The position numbers and the translations under genes are program-made. A stretch of DNA of 64,000 nt from Utricularia gibba (lineage: Eukaryota > Plantae > Magnoliophyta), in NCBI GenBank assembly GCA_002189035.1, contig NEEC01000007.1:62001-126000 (forward strand). The letters are read 5' to 3'. A model generated the notes under the pieces. The model was given only the letters and a program-made list of their open reading frames with translations. It was not told the origin of the DNA and made no database searches. Positions within the stretch are counted from its first letter, which is position 1; every line of letters begins with the position of its first letter. Shown here piece after piece: positions 37,879 through 49,622 of the stretch.

Positions 37879-39020
37879 AGGCCCTGGTTGCTGCCCATTG
37901 CCAGCCCTTGCTGTGAACCCACTCAATGCTATGATTACTTTTACTTACTATGGTTGTCGTTGTTGTGTATGCTATGAGATGCTTACCATTGTTGCGCAAG
38001 TCCATATACTCTCATACCTGACACTGGACTTGAATAGAATTCGAGTTACTAGATTCGATAGTCACCAGAATTACAAACCTAATTTATGCAGAGTTGGTCT
38101 TGATGGGATCTGCAGAAGAGTCGAGTCGAGTCGAGCGGGTGCAACATTTGGGCCAACCTGATTTATGAAGCTTGTTGGTTAGCAGAGGCACCAATAAATA
38201 AGCACATCTGCCAATCCGTGCAGGTGTTGAACCCCTTTCAATTGGATGGGAGGCAGCAGCAGAGGCAGCTACCACTTCCATCACCGATGCACTGCAGGGC
38301 TGCGCAGTCTCCTCTCCATGGAATGGCATGGCATGGCATGTGTCGTTTACCAAAAGCACCAACCAGAGAGCACTAAACACACCATTCCTAATAGGGTGGC
38401 ATCATTGCAATAATGTAAAAAGGGCGGCATTTCTGTGCAGACAACAACACATGGCTGGAGGTCAAGGGAGCCTGTGGCGCCTGTCTGGCCCAACAAATCC
38501 CATAATCAAGACGTGGGAATAATTAGTAGTAGTAGGAAGCAGCAGCGCAAAGCAAGACAAGAGATTCGAGCTGCTGGAGTGAGAGGGAGTTACTGCTTCT
38601 GGCCCCAAGCTCCCACAACCCACTGGAAAAACTCTGATCATCTGCTTCCCGGGACCAAAAACAATAAATATTTTTATTTATATTCATCAATATCGCGTGG
38701 TCCACTCCCGGCGTTGAATCCGATGCATCGTCAAATCCCACTCATCAACTTCCAACCACTCCACCCAGCCTGCCTGCCGGCCTTCCCTCCCAAACCCCCC
38801 AAACCCCTCCCTGTAACTATAATTTAATATCCTTTTTTAAGGTAACAAAAAAGAAAGAAAGAAAGATGGTGCCGTACTGCCGGGTCCGGTCTCGTCTCTA
38901 CTCTAATTACACAACAAAACATCAACATTTGCCATCGCATTTTGAAAAAACAAACAACCAATCATCACGTGGCAGCATGCATGTTCGTTTCAGTCTCGCG
39001 GGGCCCACCCGGCGTCTCCC

Positions 39021-41115
39021 TCAGCCGCAGCACCCGGTCACCACGGCCGCGGTGTCGCTCACCAGATGCTCCAGAATCCCTCGTTCGATTTCGACAACGA
39101 TGCCCTCGTCTTCCTCCTCCGTCAAACCGCAAAGTCTACCCATTTGCATCTCTGACTGCATCGCTAAATCAATACTCTCAACACCCTCGCAACTCGCCGC
39201 ACAGAAGCTGTCTATTTTCCTACACGCCTCCGAGTCTACACTCTGCTGCGTTCTCAGGGTTTCCCTCAGAAGCCGGGATATCAACTTCGTATAACTGCAT
39301 CGGTGCCGGTGGCGTAACACGGAGCTGCTGCCGACGGAGTAATATTTCCCGAGCCTGTGGAGAACTGTTGATAAGTTCGTGTAGTTAGGCAGTTGGAGGG
39401 TCTTAGTGATGATGTCTTCGTACTCATCCTCCGCAGCAGCAGGGGCCGGACCCGGAGAAGCTCTGGCTGAGGCTGAGTAACCGCCACAACTGTTTACTTC
39501 TGTTTTGAATATTTTATCAGTTAACGGCCTGTACCTCTGGCTCCCCTTACTAGAAAACTGTGTGCAGCTTTGCGAAGAGACTGCTCCTGAAACCTGCGAC
39601 TGCAATGTTTTTACCGTTCTAATCTCACAAAGAACTAGAAAAGAATTCAACCGCAGAGACTTTTTGCAAAACCGAGGAAAATTTTCTTAGTATACCTGTT
39701 TCTGGGGTAATCCCCTGCAAACATAACGTGGTGTTGAAATAAGAAAAGCCTCATCATCTTCATCTCTGTTGCTCTTCTCCCAAATCTCAAATCCAATTTT
39801 CTTACTGCTCCTCTGTTCTATCAATCCTGGAGAACGTGATGCAACCCTTTGACTTAGGTTTCCTCGATCTGTGGAAGTTTTATTCTTTTTCTGCTGGAAC
39901 GGGGACCGGAGATTGATGCAGTCAATGTTGTTTTCTTTCAAGGAAAGGGCAGAAGTTTTGTTGGTAAGCGGTTTCGTACAGAGGATTTCGTTGTGAGGGC
40001 TGATTTCTCCAGATATAATGTTTCTGGGTTTCAGTAGAGCAGCTTTTTCCGTCGAGATCTTTGGTTTTATTCTCGTTGGGACACCAGTTTCCGGTGGCGT
40101 TTCTGCAACGCACTCTCTGAAATCTTTCTTCCAGTTCTTGATAACAAGATCTTCATCAATTCTCGCCAGGTCTCTGTTTCTCCGAGTGTTGGAAATGTCC
40201 ACACCGTCGAAACTTCTACTCTTTCCCCGATGCAAATTCATCTTCCCATATCTCCCTGGATTCACGTTCTCATTCCTAGACACATTCGCTCGCCGGAGCG
40301 CCGGCAAATCGAAGTCTGCAGGGTTTGCGCTCACTTTGTTGATCTGCAGAGAAAGCCGGTGGCACTCAACGTCTGATATTCTCCCTGATGAAATCCTCGG
40401 CGTCTCCGGCAGCGACCTGACGCCGGTATCATCTACAGCACGTCTCCGCCCAAAATCTTTACCAACAAAGTTACCGAGAAGCTTGGGCTGAGACGAGTGA
40501 ATGGACGGGGAACTGCAATCCGGCAGCAGATCCAGACCCATCAGCCTCGCTATAAGATTGGGTGTCTTGGCTCCGGGGGAATCGCAGACTGCTTCGGAGG
40601 AAGATAATCTACGGTGGTCTGTCTTGATTCGAATTCCCACCTGTCAAGAAATTGAAAAAAAAATCATTGATAATGATGGCAGTAGGGAGACAAATGCCAA
40701 GTTCATCGCTTTCGCCAACAGATTAGAAAGTGATTCCTCAATCAAAACTCACTGGAAAATTCAAACTCTCTTCTTCTTCTTTCATTGGCAACTCCAAGCT
40801 GTTTCTTGGAGCCTCGACTCCTGCATGGATAATGAAGAAGAAGAATTACCGGCCGAGGAGTCACAGGCGTAAGCAATGAAATCCAGAGTAAGAACCTGTG
40901 GACGAAAACACTTGTTCATCCCCATCGCCATATTCCAGGAAAGAAGGATGCGAATCCAAATGCGGGAGCCGATTCAAATGGTAGAAATCAAATAGCTGAA
41001 AAACAGAACACATGCATTTAGAGGAAGCGGCTGCGGCTGCGGCCTCCATCTCGACGCGCTTCCTCCCCCTCCGCCCTCTTCCGCCGGCGCCGCCGATCCA
41101 ATTCAGCCAACCCAT
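39021..41115 (-). CDS. TRM: TON1-recruiting motif (TRM) protein with DUF3741/VARLMGL motif and DUF4378-like C-terminus, 4 exons
   Basis: MGWLNWIGG...KCMCSVFQLFDF, then GVEAPRNSLE, SPGAKTPNLIARLMGLDLLP and C-terminal EGIVVEIERGILEHLVSDT. Exons approx. 41115-40896, 40820-40753, 40640-39696 and about 39595-39021. Confidence 0.85.
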
Positions 41116-41293
41116 AAATCTATCTGCAGTCGGCTTCAGAATACTGACAAAATAAATAGAGGAGGGAATCCAGAGGCAAATGATTCAAACCATTAACACC
41201 CTCAGGACCCCTCCCCACATATTTTTGGACATCCTTTTATCGTTTATTCCTACTGGTTACCGGGCACTAATGCACACACAACTGTGCCTACGC

Positions 41294-41318
41294 GTGTGTG
41301 TTTGTGTGTGTGTGTGTG
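41294..41318. repeat. (TG)n microsatellite
   Basis: gtgtgtgtttgtgtgtgtgtgtgtg. Confidence 0.85.
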
Positions 41319-41661
41319 TTACAGTCACTCCTTTTTAACGGTCCATTCTCATCTCTCTCTTCCCATCAGCTTAATAGTATTTTGAACTTGATTCTTCAGA
41401 TCTTGTATTCTAATTTGAAGCGTGTTGTAAATATCATAATTACCCATAAACCCAATTTACCAGAAAGGGACAGTCAGTCTCAGTCACACGGGGGAACAAG
41501 GAGCAAACATTGATTGCAACCTTGTCGCCCAGACGCTCCTCCCAGGCACTGTTGTACACAAATCATGGCTGGGGAGAGCGCTTTTCCCCCCATTCAAATC
41601 AACACACATTCCAATTTTGCTTCCCCTTCCATGGAAGGCTAAGTTTTTTCTGAAATCATTT

Positions 41662-42825
41662 TCTAGTTGTTCCTCGTGGGCAGGCCGATGGAGAGCTCCG
41701 TCACCACATCGCAGCTCTGCGTGTTTCGGCTGCAGCTTCCCACGTCCGGTTTCTTGACTCCCATCTGCACCTATTGTTCTCGCATTTTAGGGACAACCTA
41801 AAACACACGATGCTTTCATGTGTACACATACATTTACATGACCGTGTAATTTGGAACTGAGCCTGTGATACTCCTGTAGTAATAACTTCTCCTGCATTTA
41901 ATGACCAAAGTTGAAACTCAAACTATCATGCAACCTCTAAACTATGGGATTCTTCTCGTACCCTTTCTTCCAATTTTGTTGTCTCTTCCTTGAACAACCG
42001 GCCCTGTAAGGTGAGTTTCAGATCAGAGAGTGGTTCTTGACGTGAAAAGAGTTTGTGTACATAGCAACCTTCTTTGATCGTATCTTCTCCAAGCTCATGC
42101 TGAGCTGGTTGTCCATTTCTTGCAGCTCCTCCAACGAACATGTGCTGATGTTGCGCCCTGAACGCTTCCTGATACATCAAAATGATGATCCTCCTCATCT
42201 TCATGTGTTAAGAGTTGATCATGGAATTTAGTTTGAGTACCTCTGGGACGCCTCCATCAGCTCTTCTCCATCACCATCCTCGTTTCCTGCTTCAATTGCT
42301 GTTCCCCAGAGTAAGATTTATGAAAAGACGAATACATTACTTCCAGTTCTTGGGGGTCGGTCGAGGCAAACCTGGATGCGTTCTTCAGCTTCGGGTCGGG
42401 TGACTTGCTCTTTCCTAAACTCGTGATACTTTTGCATCAAGTTCGGCATGCTAAAAAACGAAAACGATGAATAACATTTTAAAATCCATTGGCTAAGTGG
42501 ACTAATCAGCGGGCTAAAAGCATGGTTTGCTGCACGCAAAAAGGCAAGCAGACAGTGACGAACAGATCCCAATGGAACAGTGCCGAGGAGCAAGCGGATC
42601 CCAAAAGAAACGTTTTCATGTATCAAAAGACAACGGCGTCTTACTCAGAGCTGGAGAATTCGTAAAGCTTCCCCTTTGGGAGAAGATGATCAACGCCACT
42701 TCTGCATCACAAAGCACCGATAGCTCATGAGCCTTCTTCAGAAGACAGTTCCGCCGCTTCGAAAACGTCACCTGCCGACTCGACGCGTTCTCGATCCGCC
42801 TCAGCTGCACCTTTCCCCGTGCCAT
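41662..42825 (-). pseudogene. MIKC MADS-box gene of the SOC1/TM3 (AGL42-like) clade, 7 exons, with two frameshifts and a probable lost splice donor
   Basis: [53 protein letters not shown]-box CSLEELQEMDNQLSMSLEKIRSKK and SOC1 C-motif DVVTELSIGLP. Exon lengths are 181/79/58/100/42/about 42/103 nt, against the usual 182/79/62/100/42/42. Confidence 0.85.
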
Positions 42826-44104
42826 CACGAGCAAGCCTCACCGTTTCACTGTCGCTTCTTGAGATCTCACTCAAAAAAAAAAAAAACAAGCACAGAGAAG
42901 AAGAGATCCCAAAACAAGAAACAATGTTTTCTCTATGCTTTTATTAGAGGAACAGGGAAATGCTTCTGCTCCAGGGCGAGCACCCTTGAAACCCTAGAAA
43001 GTTTTCGTTTGCAGGTTGTGAAATTGCTCCATACCTCAATCCTTAGATTTTAGTGCTCTCCGACGCTGAAGAACCAAAATTGAGATCAGACTTTTTGCTG
43101 TGCTCTTCGTATGTATATTAAGGAAAAGGAGAGGTGACAGACCATGTACCCCACCTGTCCAAAGCAAGCTCAAAACTAGGCAAAGTTACTGTGCGTGTCG
43201 TTTATGGAGCCTGAAAAACGAATGCATAGAAACACAGAGAGAGACTTCCCATTTGAATTGGAAAGGGTAGAAAGAGGAAACGGGTTCCAATTCATGCAAG
43301 CCACGAAACCGAGCCCCCCAGACGTGGCTCCACGGCCATGGAGAAAAGGGGAATGCCCACTAGAAGTTAGTTTGAACCCAAACACCATGTATGCTATGTG
43401 TGCATATCAAAAGAAGAACGCCATGTTTTCTTGTTTTAGCCAAATGCAGGCAGATAAGAAGTGGGGGCGGCTGTAAAATCCAGGAAATTACAGCACAATA
43501 TGGAGAGCTTGGGAGTGATACGTCGACATCATGGGTACGATGAAGTGATAAGCAGCCAAGCAATGATTGACAACGCATTTCACAGTGAACACACATGAAA
43601 GCATCGCCGGACCGCGGATGTGCTGTGCCCTACTCCGCCTTTCGGCTCGACCAAAGAGATATAGATAGGCGTTGGGGCTTGGGTATACTCACTCATTCAC
43701 GTGGCCTCAGGCTTCAACTCCCTCTCCACTTTCTTCTTTCGTCATCCTCCCCATCATGCTCCTCGAGAACAACGTTAAAGAAGGGATATGCGTATGCTCT
43801 TCCTGATACTAATCTATGCAGACATCCCGACTAAGCAAAGCAATTAGTAAGGTTCTTGCCAAGATCTGTGCAGTTTGCAGACCGTAAACCGCATGCACTG
43901 GCTGCTCTTCCTAGTCTTAGACTTGTTACACTCGCACTGAAAAGAAAGGTATGGGAGGAGTGCTGACGTCATCCGTGGCTATTTAAAGTTTTTTTAAAAA
44001 ATTAATGTCTTTTGGGCTTTGTCGAAGTGGACTTGGGCCCAGAATCACGTTCAGTGGCCCATATGTATATGCAGCCGGAGTTTGGGGGGCTGTGGAAGAC
44101 GGGT

Positions 44105-45140
44105 ATGGGAGACCGCTCGGTTACGAGAGGAGCGGCAAAGGATGTTGGGACCAGCAAGAGCGCGGAGTGGCCGGAGATTAATCTCAAGACCAACCTTCAA
44201 GTCAATCGTCTCAAAGAGGGAGATCTTTTCACGGTAGCACTCTAATTGTCGTTGATTTTTGTGAGATATTTGTTTTTCGATTCTTTTTGAGGAGATGACC
44301 TGTTGTGATCATGTATATACCAGATTCCGAATTATTTAACTATAGCCGAAGCGAAAGCCTTTGTCGCTGCTGCAGAATCGATTGGGTTCGTTCACCAAGG
44401 CAGCCTCGGCCCTGCAAAAGGGGAAGCCTACAGGGATAATGATCGGATATCTCTAAACGACCCTGTTCTTGCGGAAGCCATTTGGCAGGCTGGCCTTAAA
44501 GAGTGCTTTTCCGGTTTCAAGATTCGAGGAAAAGTAGCTGTTGGGTTAAATCCGAATATCAGATTTTACAGGTAGGATATCAAGCCTTACATCTTCTGGT
44601 TCGGCGTGATGATTAGTGAGGCGCGTGATTCTATGGGTTACATCTGCGTCTTGGAGCATGCTCATTACGCTTACTTGCGCAGAGATTGTGTTTTAGGTAC
44701 ACCCCTGGCCAACAATTTGGTTGCCATATTGATGAATCAGTTGATCTTGGAGAAGGGCAGCGTACATACTACACACTATTAATCTATCTAAGTGGCTCTC
44801 CTGGTAAAGGTAAGCCAAGGTCGGTGAACGTCAAGAGCTCTGAAGCTCAAGATCCCCTAATGGGAGGGGAAACCGTCTTCTACGGTCCAAGAAATGGCCT
44901 TGTTGCGAAGGTAATGGCCCATTGCCTATTTGGTTACCTAGAGTTTGGATTTCTTGCTAGCATTTTAGATGTAAATCGAGTATGCACCCGAACCCTTAGG
45001 TCTGCTAAAATTTGCAGGTAGCTCCTGCAGTAGGAATGGCTCTGCTTCATGTTCATGGAGGCAAATGCATGCTCCACGAAGCTCTTCCTGTGCTCAAGGG
45101 CATCAAGTATGTGTTAAGATCTGATGTGGCTTTTGCCTGA
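44105..45140 (+). CDS. 2-oxoglutarate/Fe(II)-dependent oxygenase (prolyl-4-hydroxylase-like), join(44105..44233,44324..44571,44697..44910,45018..45140)
   Basis: GEAYRDNDRISLNDP, GLNPNIRFYR|YTPGQQFGCHIDES (HxD), YTLLIYLSG, GGETVFY, MLHEA (distal His) and KYVLRSDV. Confidence 0.92.
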
Positions 45141-45491
45141 TAATGCAGAAGCCATGAATCTTGTTAGTGCAACCAACTTTGCGAAGTTGCAGAAAACATT
45201 CTTCATGTTTCCACTTTTCACTGGACGCGTACTTCCACCAGAAGCGTTGTTGCCAATTGCCATAGCAGCAGACGTGGGGCATTCATGTGGGCGTAGTTAG
45301 TTATGTATGTGGTATGGATGGATGGTGTTTCTTATTGAAGAGGCCTCTTCATTCATCTGCTTCAAACTCCACTGACGGGACAGAAAAGTATTGTTTGTAC
45401 ACACAAGCCTATCTACAGCTGAAACGGCACCGGGAACAGCTTCTCCTCTGCCATCATCATGGCATGCAGCTGGTCATTCGACTAATTGCCT

Positions 45492-45809
45492 CTACATTGT
45501 ACAAGACGCGAAGGACGGATTGATCTTGATTACGAGTCCCGGGAAGACATCATCGGGATCATGAATATGAGGATTCCGCTCGACGATGAAGGGGTCGCCG
45601 CACTTGTCGCCTATCGTGTTCAAAGTCTCGCCCTCTCGGACGACGTAAATCTCGTCGCAAGGCGGCATCCTGACGATAGTCGCCTCCTGGCCGTAGAGGT
45701 TCTGGCACACAAAGGAGCCGTTGAGGAAGAGCAAAGCCACCAGAACCACGAGGGCGCAGGAGCAGGGAGTTGGGTCGGCGCGCATGGCGGCGGAGAAACT
45801 GTGCATCAT
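45492..45809 (-). CDS. Small TM/signal + LysM domain protein, about 105 aa
   Basis: PCDEIYVVREGETLNTIGDKCGDPFIVERNPHIHDPDDVFPGLVIKI preceded by a hydrophobic segment. The start is uncertain. Confidence 0.9.
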   Translation of the reverse strand: MMHSFSAAMRADPTPCSCALVVLVALLFLNGSFVCQNLYGQEATIVRMPPCDEIYVVREGETLNTIGDKCGDPFIVERNPHIHDPDDVFPGLVIKINPSFASCTM

Positions 45810-46556
45810 CGAGTTGGGCGCCTCTCGAAAAAATTGGAAATGCCCGAGGGCACCGGGAGGGTATTTATTTTGATTTTTCTGACCAAATATCAAAATGAAC
45901 GCGTGACTCCAATGCGCAGCAGCAGCGGCAGCAACTCCTCTTTTTCCTTCGTTTAGTTTCGTTTTTCTTTCAGGAAAATGTCAACGGCGGCCGTGTGTCC
46001 GAATACTAACTTCTCCGGCCCCTACCGTTGAATAACTCCGTGTCAAATGCACCAACCACCGCGTAAGCGCATGCAGGAGGAGTGGGTGGGTCGACACCCC
46101 GTTCGGCCGTTTTTACCAAACATGAACGGAATTCGTCATTATGTACCTTCGAGCTCCTCGCATTTTGTTTAGAGAAAAAAAGAACCAGAAATTGAATTCA
46201 TCCTTCTCCTAGGACTTGATTTCAGCATATTCCTCCATCACTGACGAGTGACGACCCACCCCGGCTATCGACTCATCCAATAAATACATCATCACCGACG
46301 TAAAAAGCAAAGCATCCCTCAGCAACCAAAGACGGACGGACATCGCAAGAAGTTACTGTCGGGTCGGTAGACCGCAGTCTCTCTAAGATATACACATGGA
46401 ACGAGTTACACCACGCAGGATTCTCTGGACCCAACTCAAGAATGAACACAGCCCAAGACAGACGGGGGAGGGCATTCTTACTCTTCCCTACCCCTCCGCA
46501 ATTGAACCTGAACAGGACAGGGCTACCAAACCACTTAGCTTCACGCAGGTTTCTGA

Positions 46557-49320
46557 TCACGGTGTGGCTGTTGGCTCTGACGACCATTTCCACACTCTGA
46601 CCTGGCCGGATCCATCGCCGGTGAAGAATATGCCGCCAGGGCCACCTTGCATGGCTCGAGTCTCCTTTTTTGAGAAGATCTTTCCTCTCTCATGGAATCT
46701 ACAATGAACAAAACCCCCGTGTGCACACATTACAGATAAAGCAGTTTCAGGAACCAGGAAACATGATTTTCCTTCCTTTCATATCAAGAAAGATGCCTTG
46801 GTAAACCAGAACTCACGATGGCAAATCGTAGACCCAGACACAGTTGTCATTACACGAGCAAAACAATACGGGCTTCGACTCAGAATCGTGCATTCCACAA
46901 AGGCCAAGTATACCCTGCATGGAAATGAAAACAGTTATTGAAACGCAAAATAACTGTTACAGCAGACGTGTTCTCAATTTTGTATCCTTCAAATATAGAA
47001 AACATTATTATTCGAGCAACAACGTTAACCGTAGCAATTGGCATGATTGAGAGACAGAAAAAAGAAGGGAGGAAATTTACATGTTCTTCATTGTGGGTGT
47101 ACGTTACTTCCAAGCTACCACTGTCCGTTGCAGCCCAAACCTAATAAAAGCGATGAGAATAGATGAATATAGGAATTACTGCTTGTGAGAATTCAGGTTT
47201 TTTGACATAATTTCAAAAAATATGAATTTTTTCATACAGTTTTGAATATATGATATAGTGAATGTTAAACAGTACGGACAAAAAATTAACAACATAGGTT
47301 TCATGAAGAGGACAAAAAACATACACTTTCAAAGAACAGGGACAAAATGTAAGTTTTCAAAACATAAAGGACTACAAAAAAGGTTATAATGACGTGAAAA
47401 AATTGGGAATACAAACTACAACATAATCTATACAGTACAGATCGCACACCTTAACAGTTTTATCCAAAGAAGCTGATAAAAGGAATTGATCCCAACACAG
47501 AACCGACATCACAACATCTGTGTGCCCAGATAAGGTCTGCACACACTGCAGAGTTTCAAGGCTCCAAACCTAAAGCCAAAGAATAAATGTTAAATTTATC
47601 AAGAATCATATATTAACCCTCTAAACCTTCCAAAGTGAAAAACTAGCATTGAAAGGAGCATACTTGCTCTAACTTACTTTTACAGAGTGGTCCATCGACC
47701 CACTGTATAATCTGTTGCCTCCCACAACCATCGTCACAACAGCAAGAGTGTGGCCTTTGAGTGAGGCAGCAGGATCAAAGCAGTTTCCAGCAAAATTGAA
47801 CTTCCATACCAAAATTGTCCCCTCCTGCAGTATGCGAAGTTAATAAGACAAGTATATACCTAGTACTTCAGCCTACTTCTCACTCAAAATTCGAGTAAGA
47901 GTCTTCATTCGTGGAATAAAAAAGGAAGAAAACGAAAGCTGAAACAGAAAACCCGCAAAAGTTTGTGCAAAATAATATAATAGTGCATTTAAAGGAGAAA
48001 CAGAGATTGGTGGCATGGAAAACGAAGCACATATACGAACCTGTGTTCCGGAAAAGAGCAAATCATTCCCAATGACAAGCGAGTATACTTGTCCAACAGG
48101 GCCACTTAAGCTGAGGTCAGTATTGGTTTGTATGTTCCATGCCTAAAAATAGAAAGATGTGGCCGCCTGAATTTAATCCCTCACCATCCAGAAAATATCA
48201 CCCCCTCCAATCACACTATCAGATATTACTAAATTGCATGACATGGGAGGCAAGGTGGCAAAGATAAGGTGGTTTCGTGTAATTTTTAATATTACTTGCC
48301 TTAACAAGATTCGGCAAACCAATGAACACCCAGGGACCTTCACTCAGCATACAGCCCACCGCGCCTTCCAGCTTGATAACACCTGCCAACTACACAGGGT
48401 GCACAAAAATCAAACAAGTTGCTAGTCACATACTTGGACAGAATTACTAACGGGGATCCAAAGGTGAACTCTTAACACTCAGATTGATGAAATTTATATG
48501 AACGGTGAAATGAAATGTTCACACAAACAACGTTTCTATGCACTAGCTCACAGAGAATTGCCTGCCACACTCCATAACCCCTTTTCTATTAAAAAAATAC
48601 CAACCTGACCAGATTGACAGTCCCAAACTCGAACAGTCTCATCTTGACCTCCGGTGTAAAGCTTATCCGATCCAGATGGTAGAACAATCCCTGTTACAAC
48701 CTGATCCAAGGTTCCAATCATCCAGTATTAGCAACAATTTTCTTCACCAAACTAAAGATCCAGGAATCAACCAGAAAAGAAAGCATCCATTCGATTACCA
48801 AAAACCACAGATCCAATGTTCAATATTCAAAATAAAGACGTCCATCCATACAAAATTGGAACGAGTAGAAAGGTTTAATGAATTCCACCTGCTGATGTCC
48901 TTCGAGTGGTGCCAGCAGCGAAAACGAATCGCCAGAAGACCACTGATGCAAGAATTTACAATTATCACCGAATTTGCAGCTCCCTTGTGCCCAGTGATTG
49001 CACAACTTGTCTATCTTCTTCACGAAAGTTGCCTTCGCACCAGCAGCCTGCTGCGTTGGCGCCCTCCAAACACGATTCGTACTAAAATTGTAATTAGTGG
49101 ATCGCCTCAACCCCCCACGATAATCATCATCCATCCCATTCCCCTGACTCGTCCTCTTCCCATTGGAGGCGGTCGGCAATTCACTGTGCAAGAATGGACA
49201 GGGAAACCTGTTGCACTTCCCTTGCCTCCAGTGGTAGCAAACCTTCTGCTGCTTACCGTTCTCACCCGAAGACGATGGTCCAAGCCTGCCGGAAAATCGT
49301 CTTCCCCCATCCACATCCAT
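46557..49320 (-). CDS. ZFWD1: CCCH zinc finger + WD40 repeat protein (ZFWD family), about 9 exons
   Basis: Two CCCH fingers (CYHWRQGKCNRFPCPFLH; CNHWAQGSCKFGDNCKFLH), WD exons (SDKLYTGGQDETVRVWD; LYSGSMDHSVK|VWSLE; FFTGDGSGQVRVWKW) and TGA at 46557. Confidence 0.94.
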
Positions 49321-49622
49321 CGATTGCGGTCAATCCAGACACAAATGCAAAAGAAGATACCTTCCACGACCCGATCGGGGAAAACGCCCCACAATGTAAA
49401 GAATCTCCGGATTGGTAAATTAGGGTTTACAGGAACCAAAACAATGGAAAGGGGGGGAGTCGACGCGGGGCCTTGAACACGCAACTCCCTGGCCCTGGCC
49501 TCAAATAGGTTTTACAAATATATTCAATCTTCGGCTTAAATATAAAAGGAAAGGGATCCCCTTCTTGGGGGCCCCACGGAGCACGTTATATACATATACA
49601 TGTGTGTGTGTGCGCGCGTGCG

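Noticed and set aside
41500-45500. MIR399 or another conserved miRNA near the MADS gene (an Arabidopsis MIR399 lies near AGL42, from memory)
   Set aside because: No TGCCAAAGGAGA-like mature sequence or long hairpin found by eye on either strand. No conserved miRNA seeds noticed elsewhere.
46801-46930. Suspected frameshift in a ZFWD WD exon
   Set aside because: Recounting the T-run (4 T) restores KPVLFCSCNDNCVWVYDLPS, so the frame is intact.
48676-49476. 266-aa plus-strand ORF
   Set aside because: Antisense shadow of ZFWD exon 1, with no motif of its own.
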